DNA of 64,000 nt from Candidatus Lustribacter sp. (GCA_965277805.1 OZ255842.1:2496001-2560000); one strand, 5' to 3'. Counted from the stretch's first letter, positions 41,440 to 50,995 are shown. Numbers and translations: made by a program. The notes: generated by a model from the letters alone, not told the origin.

Positions 41440-43408
41440 TCGTCGGGCTGGTCAAGTTCAGCGTCGTCGTGCCGACGTTTTGCACGTCGATGTTGTCGTT
41501 CGCGAAGTTCGTCCCCGCAACCGCGTTGAGCTGAACGACCGCCTTGTTGAGGGCCGTCTGCGCCGAGAGCTCGCGCCCTTCGTTGTCGGCCAGATCCAGC
41601 TGCCGCTGCAAGACGAGGAACGTCGTCGACGTTCCGGCCGCGAAGCGCCGCTGTTCGGAGAGCAGCACGCGCGCCGAGGCATCGCGCGCGGCAGATGCGG
41701 CGGCCAGCCGGTACTGCGTTTCGCGGAGCGTCTGAATCGCGTTCACCGCTTCCGAGCGCACGCGCTGTAAGAGCGCCAGCTCTTGCACCGCGACTTGTTT
41801 CGCTTGTTCTTGCGCAATCGCGTATTCGGCCTTGGCCGTGCGGTTGCCGATGGGGAACTGCAGCGTGAGCGAGACGTTATACGTCGGGAAGCGGAAGTTC
41901 CACAGGTTCTGCCACGACTGTCCGGCCGTACCGGTTTGGAAGGCCGGTGTGGTGCCGAAGTTCGGCACGATGAACGGGATCTGGTTGGCCGGCGTTGCCG
42001 TCGCGTTGTAGTTGGAGATCAGCTGATCGAGCGCCGTGATCTCGCCGCCGAGGGTTTGGAAGAACGGCGTGCCGCTGAGGTTGTTCGGAACGCCCGAGAA
42101 GCCGTTGGCCGTGATGCCGACGCCCAGATCGAGCTGTGGCAAGCGCTGATTCTTCGCGTACGCGAGGTTCGCGTTTGCGGTGAGCCGCTCGGCGCGCAGT
42201 TGCGCGAGTTCGGGGCGATTACGCAACGCGGTGACGATCAAATCGTCGAGCTTCGGCTCGGCCGGCAGTTGCAGCACGGGCGAGGTCGGTACGAGGTTTG
42301 CCATCCACAGCGGATCGGCCGGGTTGGCCAAGATGAGGCCCTTGAGCTGCGTTTGCAGTGCCTGTACGGATTGCAGCGCCGAGAACACGTTGTCTTGAAA
42401 GACGTTGACCTGCGTGTTCGACTCGACGATGTCGACCGGCGCCGCGGCGCCGCGCGCTGCCAGCCGTGAATTCGATGCGGCCTGGGCTTGCGAATTCCGC
42501 AGGCCCTCTTCTTGGATTGCAACGTCGCGCCAAGCGGCGACGAGATCCCAGTAGGCGTTCGAGACGCTGGTGACGGTTTGCGAGGCTTGCGTGAGCACTT
42601 GCGCCGATTGCATCTGCGAGTTCGCGTTCGCCAAGAGAAGCTGGCGGCGCACGGCGCTCCCGCCGCCCGAGCCCTTGAGCAGCGGCTGCGTGAAGTTTAG
42701 CGCGATCGCCGTCTGATAGAACGGGTTATAGCTGTTCAGCTCGGCGTTATTCTGGATGGACTGTTGACTGCCGCTCAAACTATAGCGGCCGCCGTTCGAC
42801 GTCATCCCCGTGAACGCGGCGGAGACGCCGTCGGAGATCTGCGTGATTGGGCCGCCGTTGGGTCCCGCTTGGAACGGCGACGTTGCCGGCTGCACCGAGT
42901 GCGTATAGGAAGGCACGAGCTGGAACTGGACGTCGTAGGCGCCCTTGGCCGCGACGATCTGGTAGTTCGCAATGCGGTTGTTCGACTCGGCGATGGCGAG
43001 ATCGGTGTTGCGCTGGAGCGCCATCGTGATGGCGTCTTGCAAGTTAATGCCGACGAACGGCTGGTTCACGCCGATGAGGTCGCCGGTCGGCAGCGGCGCA
43101 TTCGCGGGCGCGGCGTAACCGGGTGCAACGTTCGGTACATTCGGCAGCACCGCCGGAATCGGCGGCGGCGGCAACGCTTCACCTTGCGGCTGTGACTGTT
43201 GCGAGCGCTGCGGCTGCGATGCCGCCGGCTGCTGCTGCTGCTGCGGTGATGTTTGCTGCTGCTGCTGCGTAGGCGTCGACGGCAGAACCGCGGGTACCGC
43301 GGGCGAGCTGACGGGGGCCGGGGAGGGCTGTTGCGCTGACGCGGGGCTTACCGCGGAGCACAACAGGACGGAGATGCCCAGCATCCCCGCTGTTAAGCGT
43401 ACGAACAT
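41381..43408 (-). CDS. TolC-family outer membrane efflux protein
   Basis: Signal peptide, Gln/Pro-rich linker, two OEP-like halves (AYWDL; ALRNRPEL; RLPQLDL; RFAAGTST). Confidence 0.88.
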   Translation of the reverse strand: MFVRLTAGMLGISVLLCSAVSPASAQQPSPAPVSSPAVPAVLPSTPTQQQQQTSPQQQQQPAASQPQRSQQSQPQGEALPPPPIPAVLPNVPNVAPGYAAPANAPLPTGDLIGVNQPFVGINLQDAITMALQRNTDLAIAESNNRIANYQIVAAKGAYDVQFQLVPSYTHSVQPATSPFQAGPNGGPITQISDGVSAAFTGMTSNGGRYSLSGSQQSIQNNAELNSYNPFYQTAIALNFTQPLLKGSGGGSAVRRQLLLANANSQMQSAQVLTQASQTVTSVSNAYWDLVAAWRDVAIQEEGLRNSQAQAASNSRLAARGAAAPVDIVESNTQVNVFQDNVFSALQSVQALQTQLKGLILANPADPLWMANLVPTSPVLQLPAEPKLDDLIVTALRNRPELAQLRAERLTANANLAYAKNQRLPQLDLGVGITANGFSGVPNNLSGTPFFQTLGGEITALDQLISNYNATATPANQIPFIVPNFGTTPAFQTGTAGQSWQNLWNFRFPTYNVSLTLQFPIGNRTAKAEYAIAQEQAKQVAVQELALLQRVRSEAVNAIQTLRETQYRLAAASAARDASARVLLSEQRRFAAGTSTTFLVLQRQLDLADNEGRELSAQTALNKAVVQLNAVAGTNFANDNIDVQNVGTTTLNLTSPTTSVLPLPPDAQVSPPPLHQ

Positions 43409-43418
43409 GGAGGTTGCT

Positions 43419-44819
43419 CTACTTTACCTTGACGGACGTCTCGACGGACATCCCCACCCGCAGCGGCTTATCGGCCGGCGCATCGACGATCGCAATGCGA
43501 ACCGGCAGACGCTGCGTCACTTTGACGAAGTTGCCCGTGGCGTTCTGCGCCGGGATCAAGCTGAACGTGTTTTGCGATGCAGGTCCGATCGACTCGACGC
43601 GGCCGTGGAACGTCGTGCCCTTGTAGGCATCGACGTCGACGTCGACGTCTTGACCGACCTTCATTTTGCCGAGCTGCGTTTCTTTGTAGTTTGCCGTGAT
43701 GTAGAGGTTCGATCGCGGCACGAGTTCCAGCAGCGCTTGTCCCGGCGCAACGGTCGCACCGACTTCGATGTTCTTGGCGCCGACGACGCCGTCGATCGGC
43801 GAGCGAATCGTCGTGTAGTTGAGCTGATCGCGAGCCGTTTGGGCTTGCGCGATCGCCGACTTCACCTGAGCCTGAGCGGCGTTCGCTTGCGCGGCAATTG
43901 CCGGTACGCGCGAGGGTGCGGCGGATTCAACCAGGCGCCCCTGCGCCGTTTGGAGCTGACCTTCGCCCGAGCCGATGCCGGCTTGCGCCGCGGTCGCTGC
44001 GGCAATCGCCGCGGTCTCACGCGCTTGCGCCTGCGCCACGTTGGTTTGCGCGGAAGTTACCTGATCGAGCGCCGCGCGGTACTGCGAGAGCGCTTGTGCT
44101 TGGGCTGCGCGGAATGAATCGAGTTGCTGTTGCGAAGCATCGCCGGTGCGCACGAGCGAACTGTAGCGCTCGAAATCGGCGTTGGCTTTGGCGAGCGCGG
44201 CGTTCGCGCTCGGCACCGTGGCTTGCGCGACGCGGAGTTGCGCCTGGGCGCCGGCAACGGCGGAATGCGCCGCGTCGGCCTGCTGGCGGTACGACTGATA
44301 GGTGGCCTCGGCATTGTTAATCTGCGCCTCGGCCGCTTTCACGCCGCCGGAGCCTTGGCTCTTCTGCGCGTTCTGCTGTTCGGCCGTCAGCTGCACGTTC
44401 TGTTGCGCGGCGTTGGCCTGCGCTTGTTGCGCGGCCACAGCGGCCTGCGCTTGTTCGAATTTGGTGCGCTCGTCGCGGTTGTCGAGCACGATGAGGACTT
44501 GGCCCTTATGAACCGTGTCGTTCGTGTCGGTGAGGATCTGGCTGACGCGCTCGGAGATCTTGCTCGTGATCGTCACCGTATCCGCGTCGACCCGCGCATC
44601 ATCGGTCGTTTCGTGCGTCGTCGCATATGCGAGGAAACGGATCCCCCAAATGAGGACGGCGATGAGCACGACGGCGCCGGCGATGATTGCAATCACCGGC
44701 GGTTTGCGGCGGGGCGAGGGCGGCTTGATCTCATCGCCGCGGTCGTTGACCAGCGGCGGCGGTGGCGGCGGGGTGCCGCGACCCTCCGCTGTGCGGGGGG
44801 CTTCGGTGCGGGTTTCCAC
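43419..44819 (-). CDS. HlyD/EmrA-type periplasmic adaptor
   Basis: TTDDA, coiled coil, IRSPIDG, ANYKETQL, PAQNATGNFVKVTQRLPVRI. Confidence 0.93.
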   Translation of the reverse strand: METRTEAPRTAEGRGTPPPPPPLVNDRGDEIKPPSPRRKPPVIAIIAGAVVLIAVLIWGIRFLAYATTHETTDDARVDADTVTITSKISERVSQILTDTNDTVHKGQVLIVLDNRDERTKFEQAQAAVAAQQAQANAAQQNVQLTAEQQNAQKSQGSGGVKAAEAQINNAEATYQSYRQQADAAHSAVAGAQAQLRVAQATVPSANAALAKANADFERYSSLVRTGDASQQQLDSFRAAQAQALSQYRAALDQVTSAQTNVAQAQARETAAIAAATAAQAGIGSGEGQLQTAQGRLVESAAPSRVPAIAAQANAAQAQVKSAIAQAQTARDQLNYTTIRSPIDGVVGAKNIEVGATVAPGQALLELVPRSNLYITANYKETQLGKMKVGQDVDVDVDAYKGTTFHGRVESIGPASQNTFSLIPAQNATGNFVKVTQRLPVRIAIVDAPADKPLRVGMSVETSVKVK

Positions 44820-45421
44820 TAGCGTTGTACTCCGTTCAGGAAGACGTCGACGATCGCGTCGATCGTCCCATTATCGATTGGGTCGTTGCCCCAAAGCTTG
44901 CGCGCGACGACGAGCTGGAACATCATACCCATGTAAAAGCGCGCGAGAAACGAGGGCTCGCCGTCCAGCCGGCCCTCTCGCACGCGTTCGGCAAAATAGT
45001 CCGTCAAGAGCCCGATGACTTGGCGCGGGCCGCGCCATTCGGGCGCCTCAAAATCGGCCGGACCATGTTCGAGCGCGTCTTCGGCGAGCGCGATGCACAT
45101 CAGCTCGCGCTGCCCGTTCATCACCCGCACGGCGGCGTGCGCGATCGTCTTGATGTCGGCCCCAATATCGGTACCGTTCAGTTCGCCGATTACGCTGCGA
45201 AGAGTTTCGATCGCGCATGAGTCTTCGCGCATCGCGCCGATGAGCGCGGCCTTCGAGCCGAAGTGGCGGAAGAGCGTCGCTTCGTTGACGCCGGCGCGTT
45301 CGGCAACTTCCCGGGTGGTGGTGCCGCGCGTGCCGTTGCGTTCGAAAATCTCGCGCGTTGCGGCGAGAATGCGGGCGCGCGTTTCCTCGACTCCGGCGTG
45401 GGTGCGTTGCGGTGCCAGCAT
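44819..45421 (-). CDS. TetR/AcrR family regulator
   Basis: TRARILAA...GTTTREVAERAGVNEATLFRHFGSK. Confidence 0.94.
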   Translation of the reverse strand: MLAPQRTHAGVEETRARILAATREIFERNGTRGTTTREVAERAGVNEATLFRHFGSKAALIGAMREDSCAIETLRSVIGELNGTDIGADIKTIAHAAVRVMNGQRELMCIALAEDALEHGPADFEAPEWRGPRQVIGLLTDYFAERVREGRLDGEPSFLARFYMGMMFQLVVARKLWGNDPIDNGTIDAIVDVFLNGVQR

Positions 45422-46410
45422 CAGTTATCTTTCACGAAGACCGAGGGGTCGACCGCGACATTGGTTTGGTAGTCGCCGTACGTGCCGTACGCGACGGCGC
45501 GCACGTGCGGAATCTTGATGTCGGCGCGCTGCGAGACCAGCAGCCGGTATCCGCCGATGTCGCGGAACGACTGCGACATCGTGATCGAGCCGCCGTTATA
45601 GTAATCGTAACGAATCTGATCGATCGACCAGGTGGCCGGATCGACGAGGACTGTTTCGTGATCGATCATGCCGCGCACGCGCTGCACCATCGTCAGCGTG
45701 ATATCGCGATGATGCTCGAAGAGCGATTCGCCCGAGTTCGTGATCACGAAGTGGCGCTCCCAATTCGCGGGGTCGCCGACATCGGTATAGAGTTTCTCGA
45801 AGCCGCGCGCATACGACGGCAGCTTGTCGAAAACGACCTCGTAGTTCGACGGGCGCTGATAGTACGTCGTCGCATCGAGGTGTTCGCGGATGAACGGGAA
45901 CGAGCTCAAGCGGATGTCGACGTGCAAGCGGCCCTGAAACGACGAGAGATTCGGATTGCGTTCGATCACGCGCGCGATGATCGCCGCCGGATCGGAGGGC
46001 ACGGCTTGCGGTGCGACGGCGGCCTTCGCCGGCAACGAGCCGGCGGCACTGACGAACGCCGCCAGCATGGCCGCCACGACGCGGGGGATCCAGCGCCGGT
46101 GGCCGTTGCGCGGAGTGGCGTCCGGATCGAGCGGGAGCGCGAAGACGCGGTCGAGGCCGTAGAGCGCGAGCGCGTCGCGCAGGGCCGGAGTGCGCGGCTC
46201 GACGGCGATCGCGCCGCCCACTTCGCGCACCCGCCGCAGGCCGCCGACGAGCGTGGCGACGAGTTCGGGGGGCAGGGCCTCGCCCTCCAGCGCCACGATA
46301 AGACGGGGCGCCCGGACCTTGGCGTCGAGCAAATCGTCGACCAGCGCGTCGAAGTGGGCGCGGGCGTTTTCGTCGTCGACGGCTAACGTGAGGTGGGTCG
46401 GTTCGTTCAT
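45421..46410 (-). CDS. STAS-like domain + TM/signal segment + LolA/RseB-like domain fusion
   Basis: N-terminal LVGGLRRVREVGGAIAV...LRDALALYGLDRVF (STAS-like); hydrophobic segment; beta-rich C-domain (VLVDPATW...IRYDY...MSQSFRDIGG...YGDYQTN). Confidence 0.6.
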   Translation of the reverse strand: MNEPTHLTLAVDDENARAHFDALVDDLLDAKVRAPRLIVALEGEALPPELVATLVGGLRRVREVGGAIAVEPRTPALRDALALYGLDRVFALPLDPDATPRNGHRRWIPRVVAAMLAAFVSAAGSLPAKAAVAPQAVPSDPAAIIARVIERNPNLSSFQGRLHVDIRLSSFPFIREHLDATTYYQRPSNYEVVFDKLPSYARGFEKLYTDVGDPANWERHFVITNSGESLFEHHRDITLTMVQRVRGMIDHETVLVDPATWSIDQIRYDYYNGGSITMSQSFRDIGGYRLLVSQRADIKIPHVRAVAYGTYGDYQTNVAVDPSVFVKDN

Positions 46411-46429
46411 AGCTCTCATCATGCGTGTA

Positions 46430-46483
46430 AGTACTTGCATAACTATAACGCAAGCCATCTCCGAGTGCAAGTACTCGCTTGCA
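46430..46483 (-). promoter_or_regulatory. sigma70 promoter with overlapping palindromic operator(s)
   Basis: Minus strand TTGCAC(46470-46465)-N17-TATAGT(46447-46442); TGCAAG-N6-CTTGCA at 46466-46483; AGTACTTGCA (46430-46439) inverts TGCAAGTACT (46466-46475). Confidence 0.7.
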
Positions 46484-46514
46484 TTTCATTTCCGTCCCGT
46501 ACGGTGGGCCGGCG

Positions 46515-47300
46515 GTGATTGATTCCGCGGAGGTGGCGATTGCCGCCGAGGGCGCCGGATTGGGCGCCGCCACGATCTATCTGGCCGCCCTCGATCGCGA
46601 GCGGCCGCGCCTAGCCCTCGATTCCGGGCGCCCGATCTATCCCGCCAGCATGATCAAGGTGCCGTTGGCGGCCGCCGCCGCATCCGCGGTCGAGGCCGGC
46701 CGGGCGCGCTGGGGCGATCAGGTCGAGGTCCTCGCGGCCAACATGACCTTTAACGACGCGCCCTCTCCCCTCGAGCCCGGCTACGTCGCAACGGTGATCG
46801 AGCTGGTCGAACTGATGCTGACGCGCTCGGACAACGTCGCGACCAACGTGTTGATGGACGTTCTCGGCCGCGAGCCGGCCACGCTCGACGCCCGGGCGCT
46901 CGGACTGCGCGAGACCGCGTTCCGGCGCAAGCTCTCCGGGAAGCTGCCGCTGATCGACGACCCCGCCGCCACCGGCCGCAACAGCCACCCGGCGCGCGAA
47001 GCCGCCGACTTGTTCGAGGGCATCGCGCGCGGGCGCATCCCGTCGAGCCCGCTGCTGCACCGCTTCTTGCGCGGTCAAGTCTGGAACACCAAACTCTCGG
47101 CCGGCCTCGAGTCCGGCGATCGCTTCGCGCACAAGACCGGCGACACCGACGACACGAGCCACGATGGCGGCATCCTCGAACTCGCCGGCGGCGGGCGCTA
47201 CGTCATCGTCGTCTATAGCGAACTTGCGTCAAACGACGAGACCGACGCGCGCTTCGCCGCCTTCATGCGCGGGCTCCGGCCCCGGCTCGTCGAGGGGTGA
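46515..47300 (+). CDS. class A beta-lactamase-like serine hydrolase
   Basis: PASMIK (SxxK), SDN, HKTG, HDGG; no signal peptide. Confidence 0.85.
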   Translation: MIDSAEVAIAAEGAGLGAATIYLAALDRERPRLALDSGRPIYPASMIKVPLAAAAASAVEAGRARWGDQVEVLAANMTFNDAPSPLEPGYVATVIELVELMLTRSDNVATNVLMDVLGREPATLDARALGLRETAFRRKLSGKLPLIDDPAATGRNSHPAREAADLFEGIARGRIPSSPLLHRFLRGQVWNTKLSAGLESGDRFAHKTGDTDDTSHDGGILELAGGGRYVIVVYSELASNDETDARFAAFMRGLRPRLVEG

Positions 47301-47328
47301 GGAGAACGGGCGCGAAACTTTTTTGCCC

Positions 47329-48462
47329 ATGAAGAACACGCTGTTGTGCGCGCTGGCGCTCACACTCGCGCTCGGCACCGCGCTTCCCGGTGCAGCCGCG
47401 ACCCGCGGCCCCGCTGCGGGCAAGACCGTCAAAATCGGTGTCATCGCCGATGTAACGGGCTCCGGTGCCGTCTACGGCACGATGCAAAAGAACGCATACG
47501 ATCTGGCCAACGACGACGTGATGTCGGGCGTCATCGACGCCGGCGGCGCGAACCTCTCGTTCGACGTCGAAGACGCCGCGAGCGATCCGGCCCAAGTCGT
47601 GAACCTGATGCAGAAGTTCACCACTGACGGTTCGACGCCGCTGGTGCTCGGCCCAACGCTCTCGGGCGAAGCGTTCCGCGCGTTTCCGATCGCGAAAGCC
47701 GCGAACTTCCCGGTGATGGGCACGTCGACGACGGCCGAAGGCGTGACCGCGATCGGACCGACGGTCTTCCGCGACTCGCTGGCCGAATCGCAGGCGATCC
47801 CGCCGACGGTTGCGCGCGTGCAGCAAACCTGGCATGCCAAAACCGTGGCGATCATCTACGGCGACGACAACGCGTTCACCAAAACCGACGGCGATCTGTT
47901 CGCGCGCGAATTCCAGAAGAGCGGCGCAACCGTTGTCGATACCGAGACCTTCCACATCGGCGATAAAGATTTCGGACCGGCGCTGACCAAGATCGCGTCG
48001 AAAAAGCCCGATGTGATCGCGATCGGCGGCCTCTTCCCCGAAGCGACGCAGATCATTGCCCAAGCCGGCAAGCTCGGCATCAAGGCCCACATGCTCGGCG
48101 GCAACGGCCTCAACTCCACCCAGATGTATCAGACGGCCGGCCCGGCGTCGGTCGGCGTGGTCGTCGGTGCGGCGTGGTTCATCGGCGGCAAGTACACCGG
48201 CAACCTCGAATTCGTGCAGCGCTTCAAAAAGAAGTACGGCACGACGCCCGATCAGTTCGCGGCGCAAGCGTACGCCGCGGCCCAAGTCGTCGCATCGCTC
48301 GTCAAGGCGGGCGCCACCACGAAGGAAACGATGCTCGCCGGCTTGCGCAACGTGCGCGTCGTGCAAACGGTGCTCGGCCCGATCGCCTTCGATCAGAACC
48401 GCGACGTAAAAGCCGCGCCGGTGGTGCTGAAGATCGTCAAGGGCGGCTTCGCCTATCTGTAA
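47329..48462 (+). CDS. branched-chain amino acid-type ABC substrate-binding protein
   Basis: Signal peptide, VKIGVIADVTG, GPTLS, FVQRFKKKYG...PDQFAAQAY. Confidence 0.9.
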   Translation: MKNTLLCALALTLALGTALPGAAATRGPAAGKTVKIGVIADVTGSGAVYGTMQKNAYDLANDDVMSGVIDAGGANLSFDVEDAASDPAQVVNLMQKFTTDGSTPLVLGPTLSGEAFRAFPIAKAANFPVMGTSTTAEGVTAIGPTVFRDSLAESQAIPPTVARVQQTWHAKTVAIIYGDDNAFTKTDGDLFAREFQKSGATVVDTETFHIGDKDFGPALTKIASKKPDVIAIGGLFPEATQIIAQAGKLGIKAHMLGGNGLNSTQMYQTAGPASVGVVVGAAWFIGGKYTGNLEFVQRFKKKYGTTPDQFAAQAYAAAQVVASLVKAGATTKETMLAGLRNVRVVQTVLGPIAFDQNRDVKAAPVVLKIVKGGFAYL

Positions 48463-48480
48463 GATTCGAGTCGCTTAGCT

Positions 48481-49359
48481 TTGCTCGCGCAACAGCTCGT
48501 CAACGGTCTCTTCCTCGGCGCCGTTTACGCGCTGTTCGCGGTCGGTTACACGCTCGTCTTCGGCGTGCTCGACATCCTCAATCTCGCGCACGCCGCGATC
48601 TACATGATCGCCGCGTTCACCGCATACTCGCTGGTGGCGCACGGCTTGCCGATCGGCATCGCATTTGCCGGCGGCGTGCTCGTGGCCGGCGTCGTCGGGA
48701 TCCTGCTCGACCGGATCGCGTTCGCGCCGTTGCGCCGGCGTAATGCCGGCACGCTGGTGCCCCTGATCTCCTCGATCGGCGCCGCGATCATCATCGGCGC
48801 GGTCGCGCGCGGGATCTACGGCATCAACGAGCGCCACTTCGTCGACGGCGGTATCGACTCGCCGCCGATCCATCTAGGCCCGGTAACCTTTACCGCGGTC
48901 GAAGCGATCATTTTCGCGACGGCGATCGCACTGATGCTCGTGCTGAGCTACGTGCTGCGCGCAACGACGCTCGGGCGCAATATCCGCGCCGTGTCGCAAG
49001 ACCGCATCGCCGCGGCGCTCCTCGGCGTCAACATCGAGCGCACGATCGCTGCGACCTTCTTCATCGCTTCGGCGCTCGGCGGCGCAGCCGGCATTCTCAC
49101 CGGGCTGGAATACAACTCCGTAAGCATCGACATGGCCGGTTCGATCGAGCTCAAGGGATTGGCGGTGATCGTTCTCGGCGGTATGGGCAGCATCACGGGT
49201 GCCGTGATCGGGGGCTTCGTGATCGGTGCCGTCGAGACGCTGGCCGTCGCTTACGGGCTCTCGGAATGGCGCGACGCCCTAACGTTCGGCGTGATGTTCG
49301 CGATCTTGGTGGCGCGTCCGGCCGGCATCTTCGGCGCGCGCGCGCTTCGCAACGCGTGA
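48481..49359 (+). CDS. livH: branched-chain amino acid ABC permease (LivH-like)
   Basis: QQLVNGL...YALFAVGYTLVFG, LGRNIRAV, VLGGMGS. Confidence 0.88.
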   Translation: MLAQQLVNGLFLGAVYALFAVGYTLVFGVLDILNLAHAAIYMIAAFTAYSLVAHGLPIGIAFAGGVLVAGVVGILLDRIAFAPLRRRNAGTLVPLISSIGAAIIIGAVARGIYGINERHFVDGGIDSPPIHLGPVTFTAVEAIIFATAIALMLVLSYVLRATTLGRNIRAVSQDRIAAALLGVNIERTIAATFFIASALGGAAGILTGLEYNSVSIDMAGSIELKGLAVIVLGGMGSITGAVIGGFVIGAVETLAVAYGLSEWRDALTFGVMFAILVARPAGIFGARALRNA

Positions 49360-50210
49360 GCTTCTTCGTCCAGTTCTACGCGCAGCACTCGCGGCTGCTC
49401 GATGAGATCGGCATCAACGCGCTGCTCGCGCTTTCGCTCTCGGTTTCGCTTCAGGCCGGGCAACTGGCGCTGGCGCAAGCGGCCTTTGCCGGAATCGCGG
49501 CGTACGTAGCGGCGATTGCGAGCGTGCAATACCACTGGCCGCTCTTCCCGAGCATTCTGCTGGCCGTTATTTGCTCGACGCTCGTCGCGGCATTGCTCGC
49601 CTATCCGGTGCGGCAGTTGCGCGGCATCTTTCTCGCCATTGCAACGATCGGTTTCGGCGAGATCCTGCGCGTGGTCCTAAACAACCTCGCCATCACCGGC
49701 GGCGCCGAGGGACTGAGCGGAATCCCGAACGACGTCAACACCGCCATCATCTACGGCGGGCTCGTGCTGGTGGCGGTAGCGCTGTTCGCTTTGTCGCGCA
49801 CGAAGTTCGCGCTTGCCGTCGCCCTCACGCGCGAGGACGAGGCGGCGGCGCGCGGCGTCGGCGTCGACACCGGCATGGTGCGTTTCGCCTCGCTCGCGCT
49901 GGGCGGAGCAATCGCGGGCCTTGCCGGCGCGCTCTACGCGCACGCGTTTTATTTTCTCACGCCCAGCGACTTCGGCTTTCCGCGCATGGAACAGATCCTC
50001 GTGTGGTGCGTGATCGGCGGCGTGACGAGCCCGATCGGCGCAGTGGCCGGCGCGGCGTTCCTCTCGATCTTGCCGGAGGTCATTCGCGGTCTCGCCGACT
50101 TCCGCGAGATCACGAACGGCATCATTTTGCTGGCCGTGATCCTGTTCGCGCCGAGCGGCTTCTCCGCATTATGGCGCTCGCGACGCGCAACGGTGCGGCG
50201 CGATGCCTGA
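49356..50210 (+). CDS. livM: branched-chain amino acid ABC permease (LivM-like)
   Basis: GQLALAQAAF, LRGIFLAIATIGFGEI, REDEAAA. Confidence 0.88.
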   Translation: MSFFVQFYAQHSRLLDEIGINALLALSLSVSLQAGQLALAQAAFAGIAAYVAAIASVQYHWPLFPSILLAVICSTLVAALLAYPVRQLRGIFLAIATIGFGEILRVVLNNLAITGGAEGLSGIPNDVNTAIIYGGLVLVAVALFALSRTKFALAVALTREDEAAARGVGVDTGMVRFASLALGGAIAGLAGALYAHAFYFLTPSDFGFPRMEQILVWCVIGGVTSPIGAVAGAAFLSILPEVIRGLADFREITNGIILLAVILFAPSGFSALWRSRRATVRRDA

Positions 50211-50928
50211 GACGCTCGTCCTCGATCGCGTCGGCGTTCGCTACGGCGGCGTCATCGCGCTCAGCGACGTGTCGCTGGCGGTTTCGCCCGGCGCAACGCT
50301 CGGCCTGATCGGGCCCAACGGCGCCGGCAAAACGACGCTCATCAATGCCACCACCGGCATCGCACCGCTGACCACCGGAACGATCGCGCTGGGAGACCGC
50401 CGGCTGAACGGATTGCCGCCGCACCGCATCGCACGCGCCGGTATCGCGCGCACCTACCAGAACATCCGCCTCTTCGGTGCGCTCGACGTGCGCACGAACC
50501 TCGCGGCCGGCGCCTTCGCGCAGCCCGGCGCGCTCAGCGACGACGCCGCGCGCGCGTTGCTCGAACGCGCCGGCGTTCCCGATCTCGATCTGGACGCGCT
50601 CGCCGCCGCACTGCCGTACGGCGATCAACGCCGCCTCGAGATCGCGCGCGCCCTCGCCGCCCGCCCGTCGATTCTGATGCTCGACGAGCCCGCTGCGGGC
50701 ATGAACCCCGCCGAGACCGCGCGCCTAGTCGAAACGATTCGCGCCATCGCAAGCACCGGCATCGGCATCCTGCTGATCGAACACGACATGACGCTCGTGC
50801 GCGCCGCCTGCGACAACGTCGTCGTCCTGAACTTCGGTGAAGTCCTCGCCCGCGGCACCCCCGCCGAAATCGCCCGCAACCCAGCCGTGATCGAAGCCTA
50901 CCTCGGCACAACCGCCGGTGTGATGTAA
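50203..50928 (+). CDS. livG: ABC ATPase (LivG-like)
   Basis: GPNGAGKTT, LPYGDQRRLEIARAL, LDEPAAGMN, EHD. Confidence 0.9.
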   Translation: MPETLVLDRVGVRYGGVIALSDVSLAVSPGATLGLIGPNGAGKTTLINATTGIAPLTTGTIALGDRRLNGLPPHRIARAGIARTYQNIRLFGALDVRTNLAAGAFAQPGALSDDAARALLERAGVPDLDLDALAAALPYGDQRRLEIARALAARPSILMLDEPAAGMNPAETARLVETIRAIASTGIGILLIEHDMTLVRAACDNVVVLNFGEVLARGTPAEIARNPAVIEAYLGTTAGVM

Positions 50929-50944
50929 TGGCCGTGCCGCTTAA

Positions 50945-50987
50945 TGTCGTCCCGAGCAAAGCGCCGACAGGCGCGTCGTCGAGGGAC
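50945..50987. repeat. REP-like repeat, single copy
   Basis: TGTCGTCCCGAGCAAAGCGCCGACAGGCGCGTCGTCGAGGGAC closely resembles the arms of 29440-29627. Confidence 0.7.
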
Positions 50988-50995
50988 AGCCACTA

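Noticed and set aside
43228-43268. CAG/CTG trinucleotide runs as a contingency repeat
   Set aside because: Short in-frame poly-Gln in the TolC linker; cannot cause a frameshift
47280-47297. REP-like GCTCGTCGAGGG at the end of the serine hydrolase gene
   Set aside because: Match is too short and lacks the TGTC 5' arm; could be chance
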